A DNA stretch of 64,000 nt from Minisyncoccota bacterium (GTDB lineage Bacteria > Patescibacteriota > Minisyncoccia > Phycocordibacterales > UBA5272): the NCBI GenBank assembly GCA_041651055.1, contig JBAZJW010000001.1:20737-84736 (forward strand), written 5' to 3'. Under the pieces are notes generated by a model. The model was not told the DNA's origin, made no database searches, and saw only the letters and a list, made by a program, of their open reading frames with translations. Below are positions 10,895-20,188 of this stretch, piece by piece. Made by a program: the position numbers and the translations under genes. Position 1 is the stretch's first letter, and each line of letters starts with the position of its first letter.

Positions 10895-10934
10895 GACACC
10901 TTGCCGCCTCCGCCAACTATATTAAGGTGTATCA

Positions 10935-11107
10935 TGAAATCGACTATTGTAATTCTTCTTTCCCTCGGCTACTCCTCTTATCTTGTGCACAAAGGGGCGT
11001 ATGGTTTTGGAAAATGGTCCAAGGATGCAAGGAATGGTTTTCATTGGGGCATTGCGTTCGCTGCGGTCACTGTTCTCGTTGTATTCTTGTTCTTCTTATC
11101 TGAATGA
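10935..11107 (+). CDS. Small membrane protein (57 aa), bracketed by the AAGGTGaCACCTT palindromes
   Basis: ORF with two predicted TM helices. Confidence 0.3.
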
Positions 11108-11341
11108 CCATAAATAAACACCAAGTGTGACCACCTGTGAAAGCTCTTGTGAATATGATAAGGTGACACCTTGCCACTCTTTGACCGCATGACTCCGCCT
11201 TCCGTGGGGTTTTTCTTTTTCTAAAGTCTAATCTCTAACATCTGAAGTCTGTCCTCCTGTCAACTAGCAACTATAAACTATAAACTATAAACTGTAGATA
11301 CGAGTTTGGATGTATTCATCTAATGTCTAAAATCTAAAGTC

Positions 11342-11347
11342 TATAAT
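11342..11347 (+). promoter_or_regulatory. -10 box (TATAAT) giving a leaderless dnaG mRNA
   Basis: TATAAT ends 8 nt before the ATG; no SD. Confidence 0.35.
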
Positions 11348-11355
11348 CTGCCCCC

Positions 11356-12987
11356 ATGAATCCAAAGGATCAAATCAAAGAAAATCTCTCCATTACGGAC
11401 GTGGTTTCGACATATATTCGTCTTGAAAAGTCGGGTGCACAATTTCGTGCGCGTTGCCCATTCCATAACGAGCGCACGCCGTCGTTTTATGTTTCACCTG
11501 AGAGAAAATCATTTCACTGTTTTGGTTGCCAAACACACGGTGACATTTTTACCTTCGTAGAAAAAATTGAAAACATTCCATTCTTCGAAGCTCTTAAAAT
11601 CTTAGCCGATCGTGCTGGAGTCGAGCTCACGAATTCACAAAAGAATAAAGAAGACACTCGACTCATTTCACTTTTGAAAGATGCCACTGATAACTTCGAA
11701 AAGAACTTGAAACAAAGTCCCGAAGCCATGCATTACCTTATCGATCGTGGTCTCACAGAAGACACCATCAAAACATTTCATATAGGGTATGCTAAGAATG
11801 AATGGCGCGACACATTCATCGCTCTTGTAGCTAAAGGGTATCAACCAGAAGAGATTGAATTATCCGGCCTCGCTATCAAAGCGACAGATGATAATGGTAA
11901 TACGAAGGGTTGGTATGATCGTTTTCGTGGGCGTGTGATGTTTCCTATTCGCAATGTATCCGGTGCCACAGTGGGCTATTCTGGGCGTATTATGCCATCT
12001 CTGGTGGACCCCTCAGTTGCACAAGGTAAGTATGTGAACACTCCCGAGACAGCTCTCTATCATAAGTCCAAAATTTTATTTGGCTATGACACGGCGAAAA
12101 AGAAAATGGCAGAAACAAAATCGGTTGTGGTCGTGGAAGGACAGATGGATTTGTGTATGAGTTATCAGGCAGGAGTGCACAATACTGTCGCAGTATCAGG
12201 GACTGCGTTTACAGATGAACATATTCATATCATTAAACGATTTTGTGATACGGTAATCCTTTCTTTTGATACGGATACAGCAGGGAAGAATGCACTGAAA
12301 AAAACAGCACTCCTTTGCTTGCTCGGTGGACTCGATGTGTATGTTGTCGGAGATATTGGCACGAAGGATCCGGCAGATTTAATTAAAGAGCGTCCCGAAG
12401 CGTGGATACAAGCAGTGGAAAAGAAAAAGCACGTCGTGGAAGTAATGCTCTCTCATATAATGGAAGAAGAAAAAGATGATCGTAAGCAAGGACAGAGAAT
12501 CGTCACAGAAGTGTTGCCATTTTTGCGCGCTATTTTGTCACCGATCGATAGAGCACATTTCATAAAAGTAATTAGTGGTAAATCTCATATCCCAGAGAGT
12601 ACACTCACAGAAGAATTGAATCGTGGTGCGGTAACTATTGTCGAAGAAGCGAAAGAAGTAACAGCATCTCTTCCGAGCAAGGAGCGTCTAACGAGAGAAA
12701 TTATTGCGTACGCGACACTCACAGGGAAAATGGCTGATGAAAAGTTACAAGCACTCGCACTTGATATGAATCAATTTCCAGAAGCTATTTTGCAAGAAGA
12801 GATGTTTAAGTTAGAAGAACGAGTGATTGCAAACAAAGAAGAATACTTCGAGGATCTTATCAAGACATACAAAAAAGTAGAACACAAAGAAAAGTTGACA
12901 TCTCTTCAGAACAAGCTTCGTGAAGAGGGGGCGGATCATGAAGCTGTTTTGAAAGAAATTTACGATCATGCGAAAAAGGCCACTTGA
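11356..12987 (+). CDS. dnaG: DNA primase
   Basis: CHC2 zinc finger CPFHNERTPSF...HCFGC, toprim region. Confidence 0.92.
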   Translation: MNPKDQIKENLSITDVVSTYIRLEKSGAQFRARCPFHNERTPSFYVSPERKSFHCFGCQTHGDIFTFVEKIENIPFFEALKILADRAGVELTNSQKNKEDTRLISLLKDATDNFEKNLKQSPEAMHYLIDRGLTEDTIKTFHIGYAKNEWRDTFIALVAKGYQPEEIELSGLAIKATDDNGNTKGWYDRFRGRVMFPIRNVSGATVGYSGRIMPSLVDPSVAQGKYVNTPETALYHKSKILFGYDTAKKKMAETKSVVVVEGQMDLCMSYQAGVHNTVAVSGTAFTDEHIHIIKRFCDTVILSFDTDTAGKNALKKTALLCLLGGLDVYVVGDIGTKDPADLIKERPEAWIQAVEKKKHVVEVMLSHIMEEEKDDRKQGQRIVTEVLPFLRAILSPIDRAHFIKVISGKSHIPESTLTEELNRGAVTIVEEAKEVTASLPSKERLTREIIAYATLTGKMADEKLQALALDMNQFPEAILQEEMFKLEERVIANKEEYFEDLIKTYKKVEHKEKLTSLQNKLREEGADHEAVLKEIYDHAKKAT

Positions 12988-13146
12988 TACCTTGAAGCAA
13001 TATTCAATAACATACTATTTAATATTCAAACAATACCAGATTTAGTATTGTGATTTCGTGTTTATGTTGAATATTGATTATTTTTTTTATTAAACATTGA
13101 AACCTAAGCGGTTTCTTGTCCCCTCGACTTTTTTGTATTTCCATAG

Positions 13147-13152
13147 TATAAT
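13147..13152 (+). promoter_or_regulatory. rpoD -10 box (TAgTATAAT); short leader
   Basis: Same ccatRGTATAATcc context as the rpoB promoter; ATG 15 nt downstream. Confidence 0.45.
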
Positions 13153-13166
13153 CCGCGGTACGTCCT

Positions 13167-14600
13167 ATGGCGAAAAAAGTATCTTCACAAAAAAAGAGTG
13201 TACAGAAAAAAACTACGACCAAAACCGTAGCAAAAAAATCAAATAAAAAAATGGCGGTCAAGAAAGCAAAAGTGACCCCAATCAAAAAGACATCTGTAAA
13301 GACCCCGATTAAGAAGACCGCGAAAAAAGTCATACCTACAAAAAAGGCAAATAATGTACGTCCAAGACGGGCACTTGCTAGTTCAAAAGTAACCAAGGTT
13401 GTGCCAAAGAAGGTTGTTGCAAAGAAAGTTGCAAAATCAACACCAAAAGTTGAGGTTCAAGCAAAGCCAAAGTACAAGCCAAAGGCTTTCACGATTAAAA
13501 CTGGTCCATCAAAACCAAAAATAGAAGTAAAGACCAAAAAAATTCTGACGCGTGATCAGAATGAAGAAGAGTTGCTTGCGAAAGGTAAGGAACGTGGTTT
13601 CATTACGTATGACGAAATCATTCGTTATTTCCCTACGATTGAAACAGACATTTTATATCTCGAAGAATTGTATGAGAAAATGGGGGCTGCAGGTATCGAT
13701 ATTCTTGAAGGTGGAAACCTTCTCGATATGGATGATGACCTCCTCAAAATTGAAGGACGCGATAGTACACACGATAGTATTCAAATGTACTTGCGTGAAA
13801 TCGGCCAGTATCCACTTATTTCAGGAGATAATGAACGTGAACTCGCACAGCGTATTGAAAAAGGGGATATAGAAGCAACAGCGCTCCTTGCAAAAGCGAA
13901 CCTTCGTCTCGTGGTGTCGATTGCCAAGAAGTATGTCGGACGATCATCTGACCTTACGTTGCTTGACCTTATTCAAGAAGGAAATCTCGGCCTTTTCAAA
14001 GCGGTTGAGAAATTCGACTGGAATAAAGGGTACAAGTTTTCAACGTATGCCACATGGTGGATTCGTCAGGCTATTACACGAGCACTCGCGGATCAGTCAC
14101 GTACGATTCGTATTCCTGTACACATGGTAGAAACTATCGCCAAGTACAAGCAAGTGGTACGTCGTCTTTCACAAGACTTGGGACGTGATCCTCTTGCAGA
14201 AGAAATTGCTGTTGAAATGGGTGTGGATGTAGAAAAAATTCACATCATTGAAAATATTAATCAGGATACCGTGTCACTCGAAAAACCGATTGGAGATGAT
14301 GATGACAAGTCTACACTTGGAGAATTTATTGCAGATGATAAGATTCTTTCACCGGATGCTGAAGCTTCACACAGAATTCTCGCAGATCAGATCAATGAAA
14401 TCTTGGACGATCTTTCACCAAAGGAGCGCAAGATCGTAGAAATGCGAAATGGTCTCGGAGAATTCGATGGCGTTATGCATACACTTGAAGAAGTGGGCGC
14501 GGAATTCGGTGTCACACGTGAACGTATTCGTCAGATTGAAGCGAAGGTACACGAGAAGATACGAAGTCATGAGAAGTCGGAACGACTTCGAAACTATTAG
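13167..14600 (+). CDS. rpoD: RNA polymerase sigma-70 factor with ~130-aa lysine-rich N-terminal extension
   Basis: Sigma regions 1.2, 2, 3 and 4 ([13 protein letters not shown], region 4 HTH); N-terminal AKK/KKT low-complexity tail. Confidence 0.93.
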   Translation: MAKKVSSQKKSVQKKTTTKTVAKKSNKKMAVKKAKVTPIKKTSVKTPIKKTAKKVIPTKKANNVRPRRALASSKVTKVVPKKVVAKKVAKSTPKVEVQAKPKYKPKAFTIKTGPSKPKIEVKTKKILTRDQNEEELLAKGKERGFITYDEIIRYFPTIETDILYLEELYEKMGAAGIDILEGGNLLDMDDDLLKIEGRDSTHDSIQMYLREIGQYPLISGDNERELAQRIEKGDIEATALLAKANLRLVVSIAKKYVGRSSDLTLLDLIQEGNLGLFKAVEKFDWNKGYKFSTYATWWIRQAITRALADQSRTIRIPVHMVETIAKYKQVVRRLSQDLGRDPLAEEIAVEMGVDVEKIHIIENINQDTVSLEKPIGDDDDKSTLGEFIADDKILSPDAEASHRILADQINEILDDLSPKERKIVEMRNGLGEFDGVMHTLEEVGAEFGVTRERIRQIEAKVHEKIRSHEKSERLRNY

Positions 14601-14654
14601 AATAGAATCAATTCTCTAACCCCATCTACTTTGTTACGGAGCCTCTCTCGTTCG

Positions 14655-14679
14655 TCAACGTACCAGTAAGTACGCCTCC
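14655..14679 (+). promoter_or_regulatory. Second copy of the 25-nt ACGTAC-N6-GTACG motif (downstream of rpoD)
   Basis: tcaacgtaccagtaagtacgcctcc versus the 10407 copy. Confidence 0.4.
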
Positions 14680-14752
14680 TCTCTCTCTTCTCCGTGCCTC
14701 GTATCTGGGGTCATATAATTGATTATTCTGTGTTTGAGTTTTTCTTTTCATG

Positions 14753-14790
14753 AAAAAGGGAACAAAGAGCGATCACTTCGTGGTCGCTCT
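14753..14790 (+). terminator. Rho-independent terminator
   Basis: aaagagcgatcac-ttcg-tggtcgctcttt plus T-rich tail. Confidence 0.7.
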
Positions 14791-14887
14791 TTGTATTTGG
14801 TCACATATTTGCCAGAAGATACCTGTAAATGATACTATCAGTACTCAAAGTGTTTTTTGTTCTTTTTTTTGGGGGATGAAATGAGTG

Positions 14888-15345
14888 ACTTGGTAAGTAA
14901 TGTGGATTCTGTGGAAATTTGTCCGCATCAAGTGTGGCGTCGTCGAATTCAACGGGAAAGTCTGCCGGGTATTCTTATCCTTGAAAAAGGGGACCCTTTG
15001 CGCCTCCCAGCGTTTATAGTGATGGCTTTCCACATTGAAAACAATGTCCCTATTAAGAAAAAAGTTTTTCCACTTAGCGTCGATGAACTTCTTCGACTTT
15101 ATCAATATGTTGGCTTTCGTAAGCCTCTTCTTATTGGACAGAAAAGTGTTCTTATGTACAAAAGCGGTCCTAATAAAGGATGTCTTGTGAAGGTTGTAAG
15201 AGTGGAAGAAATTTACTGTGTGGTGCATCCATTGGGTCTAGACAAGAAGATTCATCCTGAGGGAATACGCCATAACCGCGTCCTGTTTGACTCTGATTTT
15301 TGGGAAACATTCGAAATTGTTCCCGAAATTGTTCCGAGGAAATGA
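14888..15345 (+). CDS. Hypothetical protein
   Basis: ORF followed by two terminators; no family recognised. Confidence 0.5.
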
Positions 15346-15373
15346 TTTCCTGTCATCCTGTTTGTAACTTCGT

Positions 15374-15403
15374 CCTGCGTTTTTTACGCAGGGCTTTTTT
15401 TAT
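15374..15403 (+). terminator. Rho-independent terminator (cctgcgt-ttttta-cgcagg...ttttttt)
   Basis: Hairpin plus T-run. Confidence 0.65.
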
Positions 15404-15420
15404 TGTCTCGCCCTCAATAC

Positions 15421-15452
15421 AAAGAGCGGTGCCGTAGGCACCGCTCTTTTGC
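15421..15452. terminator. Bidirectional terminator (aaagagcggtgcc-gtag-ggcaccgctcttt)
   Basis: 13-bp stem flanked by an A-run and a T-run; serves the convergent genes. Confidence 0.75.
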
Positions 15453-15498
15453 ATTTCCGTATTTCTCTTAACTGTCGACTATTGACTCTCAACTATCT

Positions 15499-16074
15499 TT
15501 AGTAGCATGCCTGATACCCTCCCGACCAGTAGCAACCATTGTTTGAGTTGTTGGAATATGAATTGTTGTAATTGTAGTTATCGTAGGTGTTGCTCGAAGC
15601 GTTGTTGTTGAAGATGTAGGTGCCGAGGGCATTTGGATTTGAATATCCTGCATACCAGCTTCCATTCGCATAGCCGTATGTCGTATATGCCGAAGGACTT
15701 GTATACGATGTCTGTACAGGGTAACTATAATTCTGGGGTGTGTATGAATTATACGATGGATAGTATGTCTGTGCTGTGTATGAATTCTGATAATTGTATC
15801 CAGTGTTCACTGGATAGCTGTAATTATTTGAATAACTGTTCGAATAATTATTTTGATATCCCGTCTGTGTTTGACACGTTGATCCGATGAGTGATGTCAT
15901 TTGTGTGTATCTATCATATTGATACGAGTAACATCCTTGATTGTAAACATAGGAATTCGATGTCGGCGCGTTTTGATACGTGTTGTAGTAAGGTGTGTAA
16001 TATGCAGAAGCAAACAAAGTACCGCTTATGAATAATGTGGCTACGATCGTTGTTGTTTGTAATATCTTTTTCAT
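15499..16074 (-). CDS. Secreted Tyr/Asn/Ser/Thr-rich low-complexity protein with signal peptide and 4 Cys
   Basis: MKKILQTTTIVATLFISGTLFASA signal; about 25 percent Tyr afterwards. Confidence 0.6.
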   Translation of the reverse strand: MKKILQTTTIVATLFISGTLFASAYYTPYYNTYQNAPTSNSYVYNQGCYSYQYDRYTQMTSLIGSTCQTQTGYQNNYSNSYSNNYSYPVNTGYNYQNSYTAQTYYPSYNSYTPQNYSYPVQTSYTSPSAYTTYGYANGSWYAGYSNPNALGTYIFNNNASSNTYDNYNYNNSYSNNSNNGCYWSGGYQACY

Positions 16075-16144
16075 ATACCCAGTATAGTCTTCGTACAAAT
16101 GTGCGCAAATAGACAAAACTTGTATTCTGTTTCGTAATATATAA

Positions 16145-16180
16145 TAAAAAAACCGCTTCGAACATTGAAGTCCGAAGCGG
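16145..16180 (-). terminator. Rho-independent terminator for the 16204-16608 gene
   Basis: ccgcttcg-aacattgaagtc-cgaagcgg with an A-run on the plus strand (U-run on minus). Confidence 0.6.
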
Positions 16181-16203
16181 GTAGTCTTGCGCCCGTTTTG
16201 CCT

Positions 16204-16608
16204 TTAAACGGAGGAAGACAGTAGTAAGGTTTGTCCCACCTTCCCAAAGGTCTCCGCCGCCGTGTGGCCGATCTCAAAAAAGACCCGAGCTTGTCCACCA
16301 GTTTCCATTTTCATGGTGATGGACAGGATTGTGCCGGCCGGGATCTTGAGGGTGATGCCCTCAATCAAGCTGCCTGCAGCCCCGGAAAAAACAAGGCGGA
16401 GGAGCTCGGTCTCTTTTTCACCAGAGATTTCGTCTGCATTGGCTGCAGAAGAGAACTTCAACGGAAAGTCCGAGACTGGACATCCGTTCACGGTGATGTT
16501 CCACCAGGGGAACTGTGAAAGGAATCCTTGGATCTTCCGACGGACCCCTCTTGTGTTGTTGAGGCTCTCCCCTGTGATTTCCATGGGGTATTCGGGTAAC
16601 TTTGCCAT
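16204..16608 (-). CDS. Hypothetical protein, markedly GC-rich versus flanks (likely acquired)
   Basis: AAGGAG RBS 7 nt upstream; compositional island 16200-16610. Confidence 0.55.
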   Translation of the reverse strand: MAKLPEYPMEITGESLNNTRGVRRKIQGFLSQFPWWNITVNGCPVSDFPLKFSSAANADEISGEKETELLRLVFSGAAGSLIEGITLKIPAGTILSITMKMETGGQARVFFEIGHTAAETFGKVGQTLLLSSSV

Positions 16609-16808
16609 GGGTGTACTCCTTTTTGGCGGTGAATGAACAGTCTTTTATTATATAACTTATTAACTACTATGTCAATAGTTCCTTGCAAAAGCCCTTTAAA
16701 TATGGTATTATCTAAGTCTATAAAGTTGAAAGTTCATAAAGTTTAGAAAGCAGAATTCTTGGGTTCACTTTTGACTTTAAGGACTTTACAAACTTTCAAC
16801 TAATACCT

Positions 16809-17786
16809 ATGTTAATCGATCACGTATCATTACAAGTAAAAGCTGGCAAGGGCGGTGACGGTGTAGTCCGTTGGCGTCGTGAAAAAGGAATACCATTCGG
16901 TGGACCTGCTGGCGGAGACGGAGGAAAAGGCGGAGACGTCTACTTTCGAGTTGTTCGTGATATCCAAGCGCTCTCGGTGTATAAGCACAAAAAAGAATGG
17001 GATGCCCCAGAAGGTGAAGCTGGTCAAAAGAGAAGTATGCATGGAAGTGGTGCTGAAGATATGTACTTACAGGTTCCTCTAGGATCTGTTGTTTACAATC
17101 GTGAATATGATAAGAAGTATGAATTCATGGAAGAGGGAGACTTCTTGGTGCTTCGTGGTGGTAAAGGTGGACTGGGAAATGAAAATTTCAAATCATCAAC
17201 GAACCGTGCACCAGAAGAATTTACAAAAGGAGAGCTTGGCGAATTCGGAACCTTTGATGTTGAATTGAAATTGATCGCAGATGTCGGACTCATTGGACTT
17301 CCTAATGCTGGCAAGTCATCACTTTTAAATGCACTCACTCGCGCTGGTGCGAAGATCGGAGACTATCCATTCACCACGCTTGAACCAAACCTCGGTGTGT
17401 ATTTCGGCTACGTACTCGCAGATATTCCAGGACTTATCGAAGGTGCGAGTGATGGAAAAGGACTCGGTCACAAATTCCTTCGTCACATTACACGTACACG
17501 TATTCTCGTACACCTCGTATCATGTGAAAATGAAGATGTCGCGAAGACATACACAACCATTCGTGAAGAGTTGGGTAAATATGATCCAGAACTTTTGAAA
17601 CGTGAGGAAGTTGTTGTACTTTCAAAGACAGATACTGTGGATGCCGACACTGTGAAGACAAAATTGAAAGCTCTAGAAAAAGCTTCAAAAAATAAAAATG
17701 TTATTACACTTTCCCTCTACGAAGACACTACGATTAAAGCATTCGGAGATTCGTTGATGAAAATATTGGAAACGCCTAATAGTTAG
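16809..17786 (+). CDS. obg: GTPase Obg/CgtA
   Basis: Obg fold N-terminus with GGDGGKGGDV, G1-G4 GTPase motifs. Confidence 0.93.
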   Translation: MLIDHVSLQVKAGKGGDGVVRWRREKGIPFGGPAGGDGGKGGDVYFRVVRDIQALSVYKHKKEWDAPEGEAGQKRSMHGSGAEDMYLQVPLGSVVYNREYDKKYEFMEEGDFLVLRGGKGGLGNENFKSSTNRAPEEFTKGELGEFGTFDVELKLIADVGLIGLPNAGKSSLLNALTRAGAKIGDYPFTTLEPNLGVYFGYVLADIPGLIEGASDGKGLGHKFLRHITRTRILVHLVSCENEDVAKTYTTIREELGKYDPELLKREEVVVLSKTDTVDADTVKTKLKALEKASKNKNVITLSLYEDTTIKAFGDSLMKILETPNS

Positions 17787-17886
17787 GGTGTTATTCGTTA
17801 GGACGTTAGGGGTTGAATACAAGAAACAAGAAGCGCGCCGTAGGCACGCTTCTTGTTTTTCGTCCTAACGAATAACGTCTAACGGG
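17781..17886. repeat. CGTTAGG-type heptamer arrays in inverted orientation around the obg terminator hairpin (17825-17860)
   Basis: gttattcgttaggacgttaggg ... terminator ... cgtcctaacgaataacgtctaacgg. Confidence 0.7.
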
Positions 17887-17891
17887 GTGCC

Positions 17892-18485
17892 TTATTTTTT
17901 CAAAAGATTCACCGTTTCTCCCGGAGTGAGTAGTCCTACATGTCTAGCGTCTAATCCCATACAGAGCGTGAGTGTGTAGGCTACAGAATTTGAGTTTTCG
18001 GTATCACCGTTCATGTTCACACCAAACGGTGGATAGGGAATTTTCTTTTCGTTCAATGGGTCTTTACATGCGAGAGCATTTGTCCAATGATTTTTCATGT
18101 CAGCATCTTTTCCTTCTGTAAGAATGATTCCTGGAAATGTTTTTTCGGCGAGATAGTAACGTGGACTATCGAATTCCCACACTTGAAGTGTGTCTGTTGC
18201 ACGTGTTCCAACGTATTTCCATTGTCCTGTTGTTGTGTTTGTTGCTAGACCGTGTAACTCCTTAACGATATCTCCATTTTGATCTTTGAGGGCCAAATAA
18301 TTATGTCCTGCAAATCCAAAAAAGAGCGGATGTTGCATGAGCTGTATGCTCCAGTCACCCGGAACTGGTTGTGGTATAGGTCGCACAATGGGGTTGTGAG
18401 TAATCGCATATGCGCATAACAAAAAAACAACACTCCATCCGAGATCTTTAATGAATTGATTAGTGAACAATCTTTTCCAGAACAT
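17892..18485 (-). CDS. Hypothetical membrane-anchored/secreted protein
   Basis: N-terminal TM helix; no recognisable family. Confidence 0.55.
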   Translation of the reverse strand: MFWKRLFTNQFIKDLGWSVVFLLCAYAITHNPIVRPIPQPVPGDWSIQLMQHPLFFGFAGHNYLALKDQNGDIVKELHGLATNTTTGQWKYVGTRATDTLQVWEFDSPRYYLAEKTFPGIILTEGKDADMKNHWTNALACKDPLNEKKIPYPPFGVNMNGDTENSNSVAYTLTLCMGLDARHVGLLTPGETVNLLKK

Positions 18486-18510
18486 GAGGTGTAGTATACA
18501 ATAATTCGTC

Positions 18511-18662
18511 AGTTAGGAGTTAGTCGTTAGGACGTTAGGAAATACAAAGAGCGGCCACGATTTATCCTGAGCTTGTCGAAGGAAGTGGCCGCTCTTTGTA
18601 TTTTGTATTCAGTCCCTAACGTCCTAACGAATAACGCCCTAACTATTAAGTGCTCCTAACTG
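18511..18662. repeat. CGTTAGG-type inverted heptamer arrays flanking a terminator (18541-18602); right arm overlaps the gatB stop
   Basis: agttaggagttagtcgttaggacgttagg ... cctaacgtcctaacgaataacgccctaact. Confidence 0.7.
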
Positions 18663-20069
18663 GGTCTTTAATATCTCCTGAAATATCGCTGGATTCCCTG
18701 ACCCTTTTGATTTCTTCATACACTGTCCGACGAAGAACATAAACATGCTTTCTTTTCCGGATTTGTAATCTGCTACCTGTGTAGGATTTTCTTCGATAAC
18801 TTCCGCGACAATTATTTTTAATGCTTCAGGATCATTCTTTTGTATGAGACCGAGCGTGTCTGCTACATCACGAGGTGAAGCAGTCCTGTCTTCAAGTAAT
18901 TTCGGAAGAATGTCTTTTGCTCCACGTGATGAAAGTTCTCCTGCCTGTACCATTTCGATGAGGGTGCGAAAAGTTGAAGCTGTAGGCAGGTTTTCTACTG
19001 CAATCTCTTTGCCTTCTTTTTTGAGAAGTCCAAGGACATCAGAGATGAGATAGTTCGAAGTAAGCTGTGCGTAGGCATTGTCTTTGCCTTCTACAACACT
19101 GTCGAAAAAGTGCGCGAGGAGTGGTGAGTCCACGATGATTTCAATCGTGTCGTCTTTGATACCGAAGTCACTTGCATATCGTGCACGTTTTACCTTTGGC
19201 ATTTCTGGCAGTGATGCTTTTATTTCGTCAGTATTAAATAATTTACTCAAATATAATTTTGGTAAATCTGGATCAGGGAAGTATCGGTAGTCATGAGCAT
19301 TTTCTTTCTTTCGCTGTGAGAAGGTTTCTAATTTTCCTTCATCCCATCCGCGAGTTTCTTGGACAATAGAGCCACCTTCTTCGATGAGGGCAATGTGACG
19401 AGCTACTTCGTAATTGATAGCACCGAATACAGAGGCGAATGAGTTGATATTCTTCACTTCTACTTTTGTGCCGAACTTATTCGGATCACGCGATACAGAA
19501 ATATTCGCTTCGATACGCATTTGACCCATTTCCATATTTGCTTCTGATGCGCCGACGTAGCGAAGTATGCGCTGGAGCTCACGTGCGAAAGCCACCGCTT
19601 GTTCTGCAGAATGAATCACTGGTTCGGTCACGAGTTCCATCAAAGGGACACCAGCGCGATTGTAGTCCACGAGTGTCATGCTATTTTCATGGGACGATTT
19701 CGCAGTATCTTCTTCAAGGTGAATGCGAGTGAGTTCTACGTCGTTAATAACACCACCTGAGACGATAGGGAGGAGGTATTGGGAGAGTTGATATCCTTTT
19801 GGAATGTCTGGATAGAAATAATTCTTTCGATCGAATTCTGTGAAGTCTGCAATGGTGGCACCGATAGCGCAACCGACGGTCACTACTTTTTTGATGGCTT
19901 CTTTGTTCGGAACAGGGAGTGTGCCAGGGTGCGCCATACACACTTCGCAGATGTTTTGATTTGGCCGCTTTTCTGTTGGGTCGTTTTTACAACCACACCA
20001 CATTTTGGAATTGGTGTGTAATTCGGCGTGAATTTCGAGGCCTATAGTTGTGATATATGGGTCAGACAT
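18639..20069 (-). CDS. gatB: Asp-tRNA(Asn)/Glu-tRNA(Gln) amidotransferase subunit B
   Basis: 476 aa, IGLEIHAELHTNSKMWCGC N-terminus. Confidence 0.93.
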   Translation of the reverse strand: MSDPYITTIGLEIHAELHTNSKMWCGCKNDPTEKRPNQNICEVCMAHPGTLPVPNKEAIKKVVTVGCAIGATIADFTEFDRKNYFYPDIPKGYQLSQYLLPIVSGGVINDVELTRIHLEEDTAKSSHENSMTLVDYNRAGVPLMELVTEPVIHSAEQAVAFARELQRILRYVGASEANMEMGQMRIEANISVSRDPNKFGTKVEVKNINSFASVFGAINYEVARHIALIEEGGSIVQETRGWDEGKLETFSQRKKENAHDYRYFPDPDLPKLYLSKLFNTDEIKASLPEMPKVKRARYASDFGIKDDTIEIIVDSPLLAHFFDSVVEGKDNAYAQLTSNYLISDVLGLLKKEGKEIAVENLPTASTFRTLIEMVQAGELSSRGAKDILPKLLEDRTASPRDVADTLGLIQKNDPEALKIIVAEVIEENPTQVADYKSGKESMFMFFVGQCMKKSKGSGNPAIFQEILKTQLGALNS

Positions 20070-20149
20070 GGTATGGAGTATAGCATCTAAAAGCCTTATG
20101 TTGAAGGCTTGTTTGGGTGCTTGTGTGAATTGACTGAGCGATGTTTTTA

Positions 20150-20158
20150 TGGTATAAT
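20150..20158 (+). promoter_or_regulatory. Extended -10 promoter (TGgTATAAT)
   Basis: Sequence match 30 nt upstream of GGAGGA RBS and ATG 20189. Confidence 0.45.
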
Positions 20159-20188
20159 ACGGTTCGTTTTAACCACTGGAGGAATCCA

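Noticed and set aside
13019-13396. 125-aa minus-strand ORF overlapping the rpoD 5' end
   Set aside because: It is the antisense of the Lys-rich (AAA/AAG) N-terminal tail of RpoD, giving a Phe-rich artefact.
16231-16636. Plus-strand ORFs opposite the GC-rich gene 16204-16608
   Set aside because: Only the minus-strand frame has an AAGGAG RBS and a correctly oriented terminator.
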